Source: an uncultured Poribacteria bacterium (GTDB taxonomy: Bacteria > Poribacteria > WGA-4E > WGA-3G). Taken from it: DNA of 64,000 bases. This document shows, one piece after another, positions 28,535 to 37,859 of the stretch. The first letter of the stretch is position 1. The number at the start of each line of letters is the position of its first letter. The stretch is from assembly GCA_958296135.2 (NCBI GenBank), contig CATQHZ020000001.1:160001-224000 (forward strand). Direction: 5' to 3'. The position numbers and the translations under genes were made by a program. Below the pieces are notes generated by a model. That model was not told the origin of the DNA. It ran no database searches and saw only the letters and a program-made list of their open reading frames with translations.

Positions 28535-29768
28535 AAATGGGCACATCGTGCCGCAATTCGTAGAGCCCACCGATGCGGCGTTGTTGGCTATTGCAGAGCA
28601 ACTCATCGCTGTTTTCGAGAATTCGCCCGGCAAGCCGCGAACCGCGGTCTTGGAGGAAAGCAAGCAGATTATCGATGCCGCATCGGGGATAATGGTAGTC
28701 AAGCGCGGACTTGAAAAATTGTTGTTGGACCGGACGGAGTTTGACACCGCACCGAATGAAGAACTCATCGCGTTTCGGGAGAAGTTGTTTACGGAGACGA
28801 GTCGGTTGCTTGCAGGGGAACCGTTTCAGGATTACGCGGCGTATCGTCGGCGTGTGGAAGAAATAGCGCGCTTGGAAAGCGCGCCTACCGGACCGGAGGA
28901 ACTGAGCGCGAAACTTTACGCTGATCTGCCGAGTTGTCAGCCTGTCGTGGCGTTCAAAACACTTTCGCCTGAGCGGCTGCTTCATCGGTATAATTGCGCG
29001 CAGGTGCAGGGGTTGCTGCTGCATTGCAATACGTTGACATTGCGGCTTGCAGATTCGATGACAGCCGAGTTGCGGCAGCTGTTTAAGTATTTGCGGTTCA
29101 ATCAGTTGTTATCGACGATTCAGAAAGAGGCGCGCTTGGAAAGCACGCCTACCGGTGCTTTGACTGAGAATCTCTATAAGATCACCGTGGACGGACCGCT
29201 GAATCTGTTTTACAAAACGAAGCGGTATGGGATGAATCTGGCGAATTTCTTTGTCGCCGTGTTGCATCAGCAACAGTGGGAGTTGACTGCAGAGCTCCAG
29301 CTTCGGAATCAGCCGAGCTATCGGCTACGGTTAGATGATTCGTGCGGGATCAAGCCGATTTCGCAGCAGTTCCTCGCCTACATTCCGGAGGATATCCAAC
29401 TTTTTCAGACGATGCTTCACAGTAAGACAGATGATTGGCGCATTACGCCGGGTAGTCATTTCTTCCCGTTGGCGGGCGATTTCTACTGTTTTCCGGATTA
29501 CGCGCTGGTGCATAAGAGCGGGGTGGAAGTGGCGATTGAGTTGTTTCATCCGTGGCATCAGGCGCACCTCATCGCGCGGCTCAACACGCTTGCGGAACAG
29601 CCCTCTACAAAAAACCTGATTCTAGGAGTCTCTGCCGAGTTATCAAAAAAGCCGATGATTGCGGAAGCATTAGAGGCATCGGCGTATTTCTCGGCGTTGG
29701 GGTTTACGTTCCGTTCTGTCCCAACGATGGGGGCGTTGCTCCCGATTTTGGAGTCGCTGATACATTGA
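28500..29768 (+). CDS. DUF790 family (Bax1-like) endonuclease
   Basis: MLTKAL.., GLEKLLLDR, LYADLP, RYN.AQVQGLL, VDGP.NLF..TKRYG, FPDY; overlaps the XPB-like gene. Confidence 0.85.
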   Translation: MLTKALIRYHIENGHIVPQFVEPTDAALLAIAEQLIAVFENSPGKPRTAVLEESKQIIDAASGIMVVKRGLEKLLLDRTEFDTAPNEELIAFREKLFTETSRLLAGEPFQDYAAYRRRVEEIARLESAPTGPEELSAKLYADLPSCQPVVAFKTLSPERLLHRYNCAQVQGLLLHCNTLTLRLADSMTAELRQLFKYLRFNQLLSTIQKEARLESTPTGALTENLYKITVDGPLNLFYKTKRYGMNLANFFVAVLHQQQWELTAELQLRNQPSYRLRLDDSCGIKPISQQFLAYIPEDIQLFQTMLHSKTDDWRITPGSHFFPLAGDFYCFPDYALVHKSGVEVAIELFHPWHQAHLIARLNTLAEQPSTKNLILGVSAELSKKPMIAEALEASAYFSALGFTFRSVPTMGALLPILESLIH

Positions 29769-29792
29769 AAACGGGCGCCGGTGCTAAAAAAC

Positions 29793-29822
29793 TTGACTTT
29801 GCGTTCCGAATTCTGATACAAT
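29793..29822 (+). promoter_or_regulatory. Sigma70-like promoter of AAA array
   Basis: TTGACT-18-TACAAT with TG extension. Confidence 0.55.
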
Positions 29823-29866
29823 AGTTGATGAGACATCTGAACGTCGCTGGAAATGAGGTGAGAGAG

Positions 29867-31465
29867 ATGAGATGGTTTGAAACCCGAGGGCCCGTGAACC
29901 CTGAGGATAACTATGTCGTTGCCCGTCCGAAGGAGACAGCGGATTTCATCAAGCGAGTGGAGCGGGGGCGTTATATCGTGCTCTTTGCGCCGCGGCAGAC
30001 GGGGAAGACGACGTTCTTCAAGACAGCACTTGAGCGGCTTGAAACCGCGGCAGCAGGGGCCTATTTCCCCATTCAACTCAATTTTGAGATTTACGAAGAC
30101 TATGGCCGTGCGGAGTTCTATGGCAGTCTTCGCGAACATATTTGTATGGAAATAGCGACAGTTTTTCGGCAGCGTTGCATCCCGATTGCAGAGGAGTTGG
30201 CACACTTTTTGGAGAACGCGCCGCTAACAAATTCGCTTTCACTCGGCAGTTTCTTGCGTCAACTCGGGCTGTTGCTCACCCCGCAGCGGGTTGTCCTCCT
30301 CATTGACGAATTTGATGGCATCCCGCGGGAGGAATTGCGCAATTTTCTGCATACGCTTCGTCACATCTACCTTCTGGGGCGAACGCAGCGGTGTCCCTAT
30401 AGTGTCGGCATCGTTGGCGTGAAGAGCATCACGCAGTTGAACTATGACAGGACGATTTCTCCGTTCAATATTCAGGATGAATTCCACCTGCCGAATTTCA
30501 CGTTGGCGGAGGTGCGAGAACTGCTTGGGCAGTATACAGCAGAAGTGGGTCAGGTTTTTGCGCCGGCGGTCCTCGCCACCCTTCATAGGCAGACAGGTGG
30601 GCAGCCGTTCCTTGTGAACCGGCTTGCGCAGATACTCACCGAGGAGATGGACATTCCGAAGACGGAGCCGATTACCTCGGCACACTTCGCGACCGCGCAT
30701 ACCGTGCTCCTTGAGGAAGAGAACGTCAACTTTGCGCATCTCCTCACCAATATCCACCGAGACGCTCGCTTTGGAAGCGTTCTCATGCGAATCACCTCTT
30801 ATGATAAGGGGGTGCGCTTCAGACCGGGGAACGAAGTCCTTCGCGAACTTGCAACTTATGGTGTCATCGCGAAAGGCTCAGAGGGCCTCTGTGAGATTGC
30901 GAACCCGATTTATCTTTACCGCGTGCTGCAAGAGTTACAACCACTTATTAACGGGCTGGAGGAGGCATACTATCCTCAACAATCGCGCGGGTATCATGCG
31001 TATCTTACTGCGTCCGGGGAGATTGCGATGGCGCGGTTGCTGGATAACTTCCGTGATTTCATTGCGCGTGCTGGGTTCCGCATCTTGCAAGTGCCGTCGA
31101 CGCCGCGGGAATATGTTGGGCAGTATCTGCTTTTTGCTTATCTGGACCAGTTTGTTCGGCAAGTGCGGGGTGCGATGCATCTAGAAGTGCAGACTGGGCG
31201 GGGTCGCGCGGACTTGGTGATATTCCATGAGGGTAGGAAACATATAGTGGAGACGAAGCTTTGGCAAGGTGCGTTGAGTTATGCGGCGGGCAAGGCGCAG
31301 CTAGCTGCGTATCTGACGTTAGAAGGCGTTCAGGAGGGCTACTACATCGTGTTCGATCACCGTGAGGTGCCGGTGCCGCGTTCGGAGACAGAGCAGGTGT
31401 CTGGGGTGACGATTCGGAGTTATGTCATTCCGGTGCTGCAAGAGCGGCCCTCAACAGTGGGCTGA
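29867..31465 (+). CDS. AAA-like ATPase with C-terminal PD-(D/E)XK nuclease (tandem copy 1)
   Basis: APRQTGKTT, LLIDEFD, EVQTGRGRADLVI..IVETK..QLAAYL. Confidence 0.85.
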   Translation: MRWFETRGPVNPEDNYVVARPKETADFIKRVERGRYIVLFAPRQTGKTTFFKTALERLETAAAGAYFPIQLNFEIYEDYGRAEFYGSLREHICMEIATVFRQRCIPIAEELAHFLENAPLTNSLSLGSFLRQLGLLLTPQRVVLLIDEFDGIPREELRNFLHTLRHIYLLGRTQRCPYSVGIVGVKSITQLNYDRTISPFNIQDEFHLPNFTLAEVRELLGQYTAEVGQVFAPAVLATLHRQTGGQPFLVNRLAQILTEEMDIPKTEPITSAHFATAHTVLLEEENVNFAHLLTNIHRDARFGSVLMRITSYDKGVRFRPGNEVLRELATYGVIAKGSEGLCEIANPIYLYRVLQELQPLINGLEEAYYPQQSRGYHAYLTASGEIAMARLLDNFRDFIARAGFRILQVPSTPREYVGQYLLFAYLDQFVRQVRGAMHLEVQTGRGRADLVIFHEGRKHIVETKLWQGALSYAAGKAQLAAYLTLEGVQEGYYIVFDHREVPVPRSETEQVSGVTIRSYVIPVLQERPSTVG

Positions 31466-31502
31466 TGCTGTGAGCGGCTGTAAACGTTGAGAGGAGCGAG
31501 AG

Positions 31503-33104
31503 ATGAGATGGTTTGAAACGCGAGGGCCCGTGAATCCTGAGGATAACTATGTCGTTGTCCGTCCGAAGGAGACAGCGGATTTCATCAAGCGAGTGGAGCG
31601 GGGGCGCTATATCGTGCTGTTTGCGCCGCGGCAGACAGGAAAGACGACGTTCTTCAAGACAGCACTTGAGCGGCTTGAAACCGCGGCAGCAGGTACCTAT
31701 TTTCCAATTCAACTCAATTTTGAGGGGTATAAAAATCTGGCCTGTCCTGATTTTTACGAGGGGCTCTACGAAGATATGCGCGAAGAAATAGGAGCCGTTT
31801 TTCAGCGGCGGGGAACAGTGCCGCCAGCTGCATTAACGGCCCTCTTGGAGAGCACAACACTCACGACGGCTTTCTCGATGAGAAGGTTCTTGACGCAACT
31901 GGGGAAATTGCTGGCCCCGCAGCGATTTGTCGTCATCATTGATGAGTTTGATGGGATCCCGCCAGCCGCCCTGAGCGATTTTCTGCATACGCTTCGTCAC
32001 ATCTACCTTCTGGGGCGAACGCAGCGGTGTCCCTATAGTGTCGGCATCGTTGGCGTAAAGAGCATCACGCAGTTGAACTATGACAGGACGATTTCTCCGT
32101 TCAATATTCAGGATGAATTCCACCTGCCGAATTTCACGTTGGCGGAGGTGCGAGAACTGCTTGGGCAGTATACAGCAGAAGTGGGTCAGGTTTTTGCGCC
32201 GGCGGTTCATGCCACCCTTCATAGGCAGACAGGTGGGCAGCCGTTCCTTGTGAACCGGCTTGCGCAGATACTCACCGAGGAGATGGATATCCCGAAGACG
32301 GAGCCGATTCACTTGGAACACTTTGCCGTGGCGCATCGGCACATCCTTCGGGAACGCAATGTCAACGTCCAGCATCTGACTACCAATATTCGGCGAGATC
32401 CGCGCTTTCAACAGCGGCTGATGCAAATCACGGCTTACGATGAAGGCGTAGACTTCAATCTTGATGACGATGTTCTCAGTGAACTTGCGACGTATGGTGT
32501 GATTGTAGCCGGTGAAGATGAGATGTGTGAGATTGCGAGTCCGATTTATCTTTACCGGATTTTGCGGGTGTTCCAACCGCTCATAAACGGGCTGGAGCAA
32601 GAATACTATCGGCAAGATACGGGCAATGGGTATCATGCGTATCTCACTGCGTCAGGGGAGATTGCGATGGGGAGATTGCTGGATAACTTCCGTGATTTCA
32701 TTGCGCGTGCTGGGTTCCGCATCTTGCAAGTGCCGGAGACGCCGCGGGAATATGTTGGGCAGTATCTGCTTTTTGCTTATCTAGACCAGTTTGTTCGGCA
32801 AGTGCGGGGTGCGATGCATCTAGAAGTGCAGACTGGGCGGGGTCGCGCGGACTTGGTGATATTCCATGAGGGTAGGAAACATATAGTGGAGACGAAGCTT
32901 TGGCAAGGTGCGTTGAGTTATGCGGCGGGCAAGGCGCAGCTGGCTGCGTATCTAACCTTAGAAGGCGTTCAGGAGGGCTACTACATCGTGTTCGATCACC
33001 GTGAGGTGCCGGTGCCGCGTTCGGAGACAGAGCGGGTATCTGGGGTGACGATTCGGAGTTATGTCATTCCGGTGCTGCAAGAGCGGCCCTCAACAGTGGG
33101 CTGA
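31503..33104 (+). CDS. AAA-like ATPase with C-terminal PD-(D/E)XK nuclease (tandem copy 2)
   Basis: Same motifs; N- and C-terminal DNA nearly identical to copy 1. Confidence 0.85.
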   Translation: MRWFETRGPVNPEDNYVVVRPKETADFIKRVERGRYIVLFAPRQTGKTTFFKTALERLETAAAGTYFPIQLNFEGYKNLACPDFYEGLYEDMREEIGAVFQRRGTVPPAALTALLESTTLTTAFSMRRFLTQLGKLLAPQRFVVIIDEFDGIPPAALSDFLHTLRHIYLLGRTQRCPYSVGIVGVKSITQLNYDRTISPFNIQDEFHLPNFTLAEVRELLGQYTAEVGQVFAPAVHATLHRQTGGQPFLVNRLAQILTEEMDIPKTEPIHLEHFAVAHRHILRERNVNVQHLTTNIRRDPRFQQRLMQITAYDEGVDFNLDDDVLSELATYGVIVAGEDEMCEIASPIYLYRILRVFQPLINGLEQEYYRQDTGNGYHAYLTASGEIAMGRLLDNFRDFIARAGFRILQVPETPREYVGQYLLFAYLDQFVRQVRGAMHLEVQTGRGRADLVIFHEGRKHIVETKLWQGALSYAAGKAQLAAYLTLEGVQEGYYIVFDHREVPVPRSETERVSGVTIRSYVIPVLQERPSTVG

Positions 33105-33141
33105 TGCTGTGAGCGGCTGTAAACGTTGAGAGGAGCGAGAG

Positions 33142-34764
33142 ATGAGATGGTTTGAAACGCGAGGGCCCGTGAACCCTGAGGATAACTATGTCGTTGTCCG
33201 TCCGAAGGAGACAGCGGATTTCATCAAGCGAGTGGAGCGGGGGCGCTATATCGTGCTGTTTGCGCCGCGGCAGACGGGGAAGACGACGTTCTTCAAGACA
33301 GTGCTTGAGCAGCTTGAAACCGCGGCAGCAGGTGCCTATTTCCCTATTCAACTCAATTTTGAGATTTATGAAGATTGGAGCGGTTCTGAATCGGAGTTTT
33401 ACGGCGTTTTCTACAAGCGCGTGTGCCAAGAAATTGCGAACGTTGCCCACGCGCGGAAACTGCAGACCGGTGAAGCCGCCTTAACGCAGTTTTTGGAGAA
33501 CACCCACATAACCGACCGGTTCTCACTGCTCGAGTTTTTTGAATCTCTCGGACAGTTGCTCAAAAACCTGCCGGTAGTCCTTATCATTGACGAGTTTGAC
33601 GCTATTCCGCCGACTGCAGTGAAAGGGTTTCTCCGCACTCTCCGGCACATCTATATCTCAGGCAAACCTCGGTGTCCGCACAGCGTCGCCATTGTCGGGG
33701 TGAAAAACATCACGCAGTTGAACTATGACAGGACGATTTCTCCGTTCAATATTCAGGATGAATTCCACCTGCCGAATTTCACGTTGGCGGAGGTGCGAGA
33801 ACTGCTTGGGCAGTATACAGCAGAAGTAGGTCAGGTTTTTGCGCCGGCGGTCCTCGCCACCCTTCATAGGCAGACAGGTGGGCAGCCGTTCCTTGTGAAC
33901 CGGCTTGCGCAGATACTCACCGAGGAGATGGACATTCCGAAGGCGGAGACGATTGCGATGCCGCACTTCGCAATGGCACACCAGCAACTCCTGGGCGAAG
34001 AGAACGTCAACCTTGTGCACCTCCGGACGAATGTCCGCCGAAATCCGCGCTTTCAACGTCGTCTGATGCAAATCACCTCCTATGATGAAGGCGTAGATTT
34101 CAATCTGGACGATGAGGTGCTCAGCGAATTGGCTACCTACGGTGTCATTGCAAAAGGGGCAGGCGGCCTGTGTGAGATTGCGAGTCCGATTTATCTTTAC
34201 CGGATTTTGCGGGTGTTCCAACCGCTCATAAACGGGCTGGAGCAAGAATACTATCCACAAGATACGGGCAATGGGTATCATGCGTATCTCACTGCGTCCG
34301 GGGAGATTGCGATGGAGCGGTTGCTGGATAACTTCCGTGATTTCATTGCGCGTGCTGGGTTCCGCATCTTGCAAGTGCCGTCGACGCCGCGGGAATATGT
34401 TGGGCAGTATCTGCTTTTTGCTTATCTGGACCAGTTTGTTCGGCAAGTGCGGGGTGCGATGCATCTAGAAGTGCAGACTGGGCGGGGTCGCGCGGACTTG
34501 GTGATATTCCATGAGGGTAGGAAACATATAGTGGAGACGAAGCTTTGGCAAGGTGCGTTGAGTTATGCGGCGGGCAAGGCGCAGCTAGCTGCGTATCTAA
34601 CCTTAGAAGGCGTTCAGGAGGGCTACTACATCGTGTTCGATCATCGTGAAACGCCGGTGCCGCGTGCGGAGACAGAGCGGGTATCTGGGGTGACGATTCG
34701 GAGTTACGTCATCCCGGTGATGCAGGAGCGGCCCTCAACACCGACAACGGAGGAAGTATCATGA
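33142..34764 (+). CDS. AAA-like ATPase with C-terminal PD-(D/E)XK nuclease (tandem copy 3)
   Basis: Same motifs; identical intergenic spacer tgctgtgagcggctgtaaacgttgagaggagcgagag. Confidence 0.85.
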   Translation: MRWFETRGPVNPEDNYVVVRPKETADFIKRVERGRYIVLFAPRQTGKTTFFKTVLEQLETAAAGAYFPIQLNFEIYEDWSGSESEFYGVFYKRVCQEIANVAHARKLQTGEAALTQFLENTHITDRFSLLEFFESLGQLLKNLPVVLIIDEFDAIPPTAVKGFLRTLRHIYISGKPRCPHSVAIVGVKNITQLNYDRTISPFNIQDEFHLPNFTLAEVRELLGQYTAEVGQVFAPAVLATLHRQTGGQPFLVNRLAQILTEEMDIPKAETIAMPHFAMAHQQLLGEENVNLVHLRTNVRRNPRFQRRLMQITSYDEGVDFNLDDEVLSELATYGVIAKGAGGLCEIASPIYLYRILRVFQPLINGLEQEYYPQDTGNGYHAYLTASGEIAMERLLDNFRDFIARAGFRILQVPSTPREYVGQYLLFAYLDQFVRQVRGAMHLEVQTGRGRADLVIFHEGRKHIVETKLWQGALSYAAGKAQLAAYLTLEGVQEGYYIVFDHRETPVPRAETERVSGVTIRSYVIPVMQERPSTPTTEEVS

Positions 34765-35246
34765 AGGGAATTATCGTGTTAAGTTTACTACTGTGCCTCG
34801 CCGCGTGCGGCCCGAAAAGCATTCCCTATTCGGACAGCACGGGCGCACCGGAACCCAGCGATGTCGCAAAATCGCACTACAACTGGGGCATGGAAGCCGC
34901 CCAAAATGGCGACCTGGCGCAAGCAATTATTGAACTGAAATTGGCGATTCAAAATGAACCGCGCTGGGCAATGCCCTATTTCTCCCTCGGGGTTGTCTAC
35001 GGAAATCAGGGAGAGCTCGACCGGGCTATCCCCGCGTGGGAGCGCGCAACCCAACTGGACACCGACTTTGCGAAGGCGCATTACAACCTCGCTGTCGCCT
35101 ACTCGGTGAAGAAACAGAAAACGTTGTCCGTTGCATCGCTGCGCGAAGCAGCGCGGTTAGATAAAGCGGCACTGTCTGCCGCGAAGGCGGAACCCGGATT
35201 TGATAACATCCGGGATATGCCGGAATATCAGGAATTGGTGCAATAG
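34761..35246 (+). CDS. TPR repeat lipoprotein
   Basis: Lipobox LAAC; about 3 TPRs; ATGA overlap with AAA copy 3. Confidence 0.8.
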   Translation: MKGIIVLSLLLCLAACGPKSIPYSDSTGAPEPSDVAKSHYNWGMEAAQNGDLAQAIIELKLAIQNEPRWAMPYFSLGVVYGNQGELDRAIPAWERATQLDTDFAKAHYNLAVAYSVKKQKTLSVASLREAARLDKAALSAAKAEPGFDNIRDMPEYQELVQ

Positions 35247-35259
35247 GAGGCAACACAAC

Positions 35260-36704
35260 ATGAGAAATGCCCTCTACTTTGGCGATAACCTCCAGGTGAT
35301 GCGCGAGATGCAAACCGCACGCTACCACACCTGCTACCTCGATCCGCCGTTCAACAGCGGCCGCACCTACAACATCTTCCTCGCCGGCTCCAAGGCGCAA
35401 CGCAAAGCGTTTGATGATATCTGGCGGTGGGACGACGCGGCGCGCCAAAATCAAGACGCTGTCCTCCACTACGATGGGCGGCATCCCGAACTGGTTGAAA
35501 CGATGGACAATGTATCAGATTGTTTATCAGGGTTTAACTATTGGTTAACAAGGGGGGGGGTAAAGCAGGAGAATCGATGCGTGCCTATCTCGCCTTCATG
35601 GCACCGCGCCTGGCGGAGATTTGGCGGTTGCTGCGGCCGGACGGGTGTGTCTATTTACACTGCGATGCGCACGCCAGTCACTATCTGAAATGCATGATGG
35701 ATGCGATTTTTGGCGCGGCGCATTTCCGGAACGAGCTCGTGTGGGGATATCGGACAGGCGGCGTGAGTAAGAAGCACTGGCCCCGAAAACATGATACGCT
35801 GCTGTTCTATGTCAAGTCGGGTGCTTATCAGCACAACCCGTTGCAAGAGCGCATCTACTACGATAAGCCATTTTTCACGGCGCAACAAGATGAGCAAGGG
35901 CGTTACTACGCCGATGTGTTTGTCCGAGATGTGTGGGAGGACATCAAACCGCTCATTAATGTCTCCAAAGAGCGTCTCGGCTATCCGACGCAAAAGCCGC
36001 TCGCGCTTTTGGAACGCATCATCAAAGCCTCCACGAATCCCGGTGATATCGTCTTCGATCCGTTTTGTGGCTGCGGCACCGCGTTAGATGCAGCGCATGG
36101 CCTCAACCGGCACTGGGTAGGCATCGATTTGACGGTGCTCGCTTTGGAACCGATGGAGCGGCGGCTGCGCGAACGCCACGGGCTTGTCCCCAAAGTGGAT
36201 TACGACATTGAGGGATACCCAACAACGCGTCAGGATGCCATGCTGCTCGCTGAACAGAACCCACACGACTTTGCAAACTGGGCTGTCACCCGATTGGGAC
36301 TTGCGCCAACAGCTAACAGCAACGATGGCGGGTTCGATGGCACGGGGAAGGTGCTGCTTTGGGAAAACAGCAGCGCGGCGACGCAGCTGCCTGTCATCGC
36401 GGAAGTGAAATCGGGGAGGAGTCTGTCTCCCAATCAGGTGCGCGCGTTCCGCACGGCGATGCAGGATACGAACGCCGCCATCGGGATTTTCATTACGTTG
36501 CACCCTGTCACGCGCGGAATGCGGCATCTCGCCGAGGCAGAAGGTGCAATTGAGCATAACGGGCGACGGTATCCTCGGTTGCAATTTTGGCAGCTAACGG
36601 ATACCTATTTTGAGGCGGGCCTCATCCCCGTGAACTTGCCGTGGCAAGTAGATGAACGTCCAAAGGCCGAACGGCACTACGGTGCGGAGCAAACCTATTT
36701 CTGA
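35260..36704 (+). pseudogene. Beta-class N6/N4 DNA methyltransferase fused to Mrr-like endonuclease, frameshifted at G9 (35552-35560)
   Basis: LYFGDNL, YLDPPFNS (first frame); YPTQKP, FDPFCGCGT, DGGFDG..EVKSG (second frame); G10 restores the frame. Confidence 0.85.
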
Positions 36705-37654
36705 TGGCGAATTACACCACACTTTCACCTACATCCCTCGCGGAAGTTGTGTCCCATTACACAATCGGCGAAGCGCAGCGGCTTGAAGAGATTCCCGGCG
36801 GATTCGGAAACAGCAACTTTAAGTTGACGACGACAGATGGCGCGTTTCTGCTGAAAATTTGTGATGAGAAAAATGCGGCGGAACTCCAGATACAACTCAA
36901 ACTGCTCGCGCATCTGCAGGAGCATGCTTATCCGACAGCGTATCCCATTTTGCAGAAGAACGGCGAGGCTGTCTACGTTAGCGCGCCCACAGAATACCGC
37001 ATCATGCTCTATCCGTTTTTGCCGGGGGGCACGCCGCAACTCTCACCAAAGGTGCTAGCGCAGCTCGGCGAGGCGTTGGCAAAACTGCATTGCATCCCGC
37101 CGATTGCAGGACTGCCGCGCTTTCCGATGGGAATGTCGCAAATCGTCCCTTTTTTAGTGGAAGTGCAAACGACACAATTTGCGGCGCACCCGTTTATCAA
37201 CTGGATGAACTCGCAGCTTGAATGGATGGAACCGCAACTCAATGAACCGTTGCCTACTGGGCTTTTGCACGGAGATCTTTTTGCAGATAATACCCTTTTT
37301 GAGGATGAGCAACTCGTCGCGATTCTTGACTTTGAGGAGGGGTGTCACGATACCTTGCTCATTGATGTCGGCATGACAATTGTCGGGTGCTGTTATTCGG
37401 AGCGGCATGAATTGCGCGCGGAATGGGCGCGCTGTTTTTTAACTGCCTACGATGCACTGCGTCCGTTAACGCCGCGCGAATGGGAATGTTTGGACTGTTT
37501 TGTTCGCTACGCCGCCCTTGCTATTGCTTTCTGGCGATTCCGACAATTCAACATCCGCCGCCCGGATGCGCGCCGCGCGGATATGTATCAGGAGATGGTA
37601 ACCCGCAGTGCCGCGTGGCATGCCGTTTTTCCAAAAACTCACAGACACCCATAG
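36704..37654 (+). CDS. thrB: Homoserine kinase type II (APH/phosphotransferase family)
   Basis: MANYT.L, G..NSNF, LHGDLFADN, ILDFE. Confidence 0.75.
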   Translation: MANYTTLSPTSLAEVVSHYTIGEAQRLEEIPGGFGNSNFKLTTTDGAFLLKICDEKNAAELQIQLKLLAHLQEHAYPTAYPILQKNGEAVYVSAPTEYRIMLYPFLPGGTPQLSPKVLAQLGEALAKLHCIPPIAGLPRFPMGMSQIVPFLVEVQTTQFAAHPFINWMNSQLEWMEPQLNEPLPTGLLHGDLFADNTLFEDEQLVAILDFEEGCHDTLLIDVGMTIVGCCYSERHELRAEWARCFLTAYDALRPLTPREWECLDCFVRYAALAIAFWRFRQFNIRRPDARRADMYQEMVTRSAAWHAVFPKTHRHP

Positions 37655-37859
37655 GGCACCGCTAGGAACGACAAAAAACCGATAGCCAAGGCTTGCTGAC
37701 AAGACGCATCCTATCTGCCCAGACGCAGTTGAACCACCGCTAGGAACAACAAAAAGCCGATAGCCAAGGTTTGCAAGTCTTGACAACGTCAAGACGGCCT
37801 GATAAGACGCATCCTATCTGCCCAGACGCAGTTGAACCACCGCTAGGAACAACAAAAGT
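37653..37859 (+). repeat. Tandem leader-like repeat (ccgctaggaacaacaaaa module, 3 copies)
   Basis: Duplicated aagacgcatcctatctgcccagacgcagttgaaccaccgctaggaacaacaaaa; homologous to the reverse complement of 3224-3306. Confidence 0.8.
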
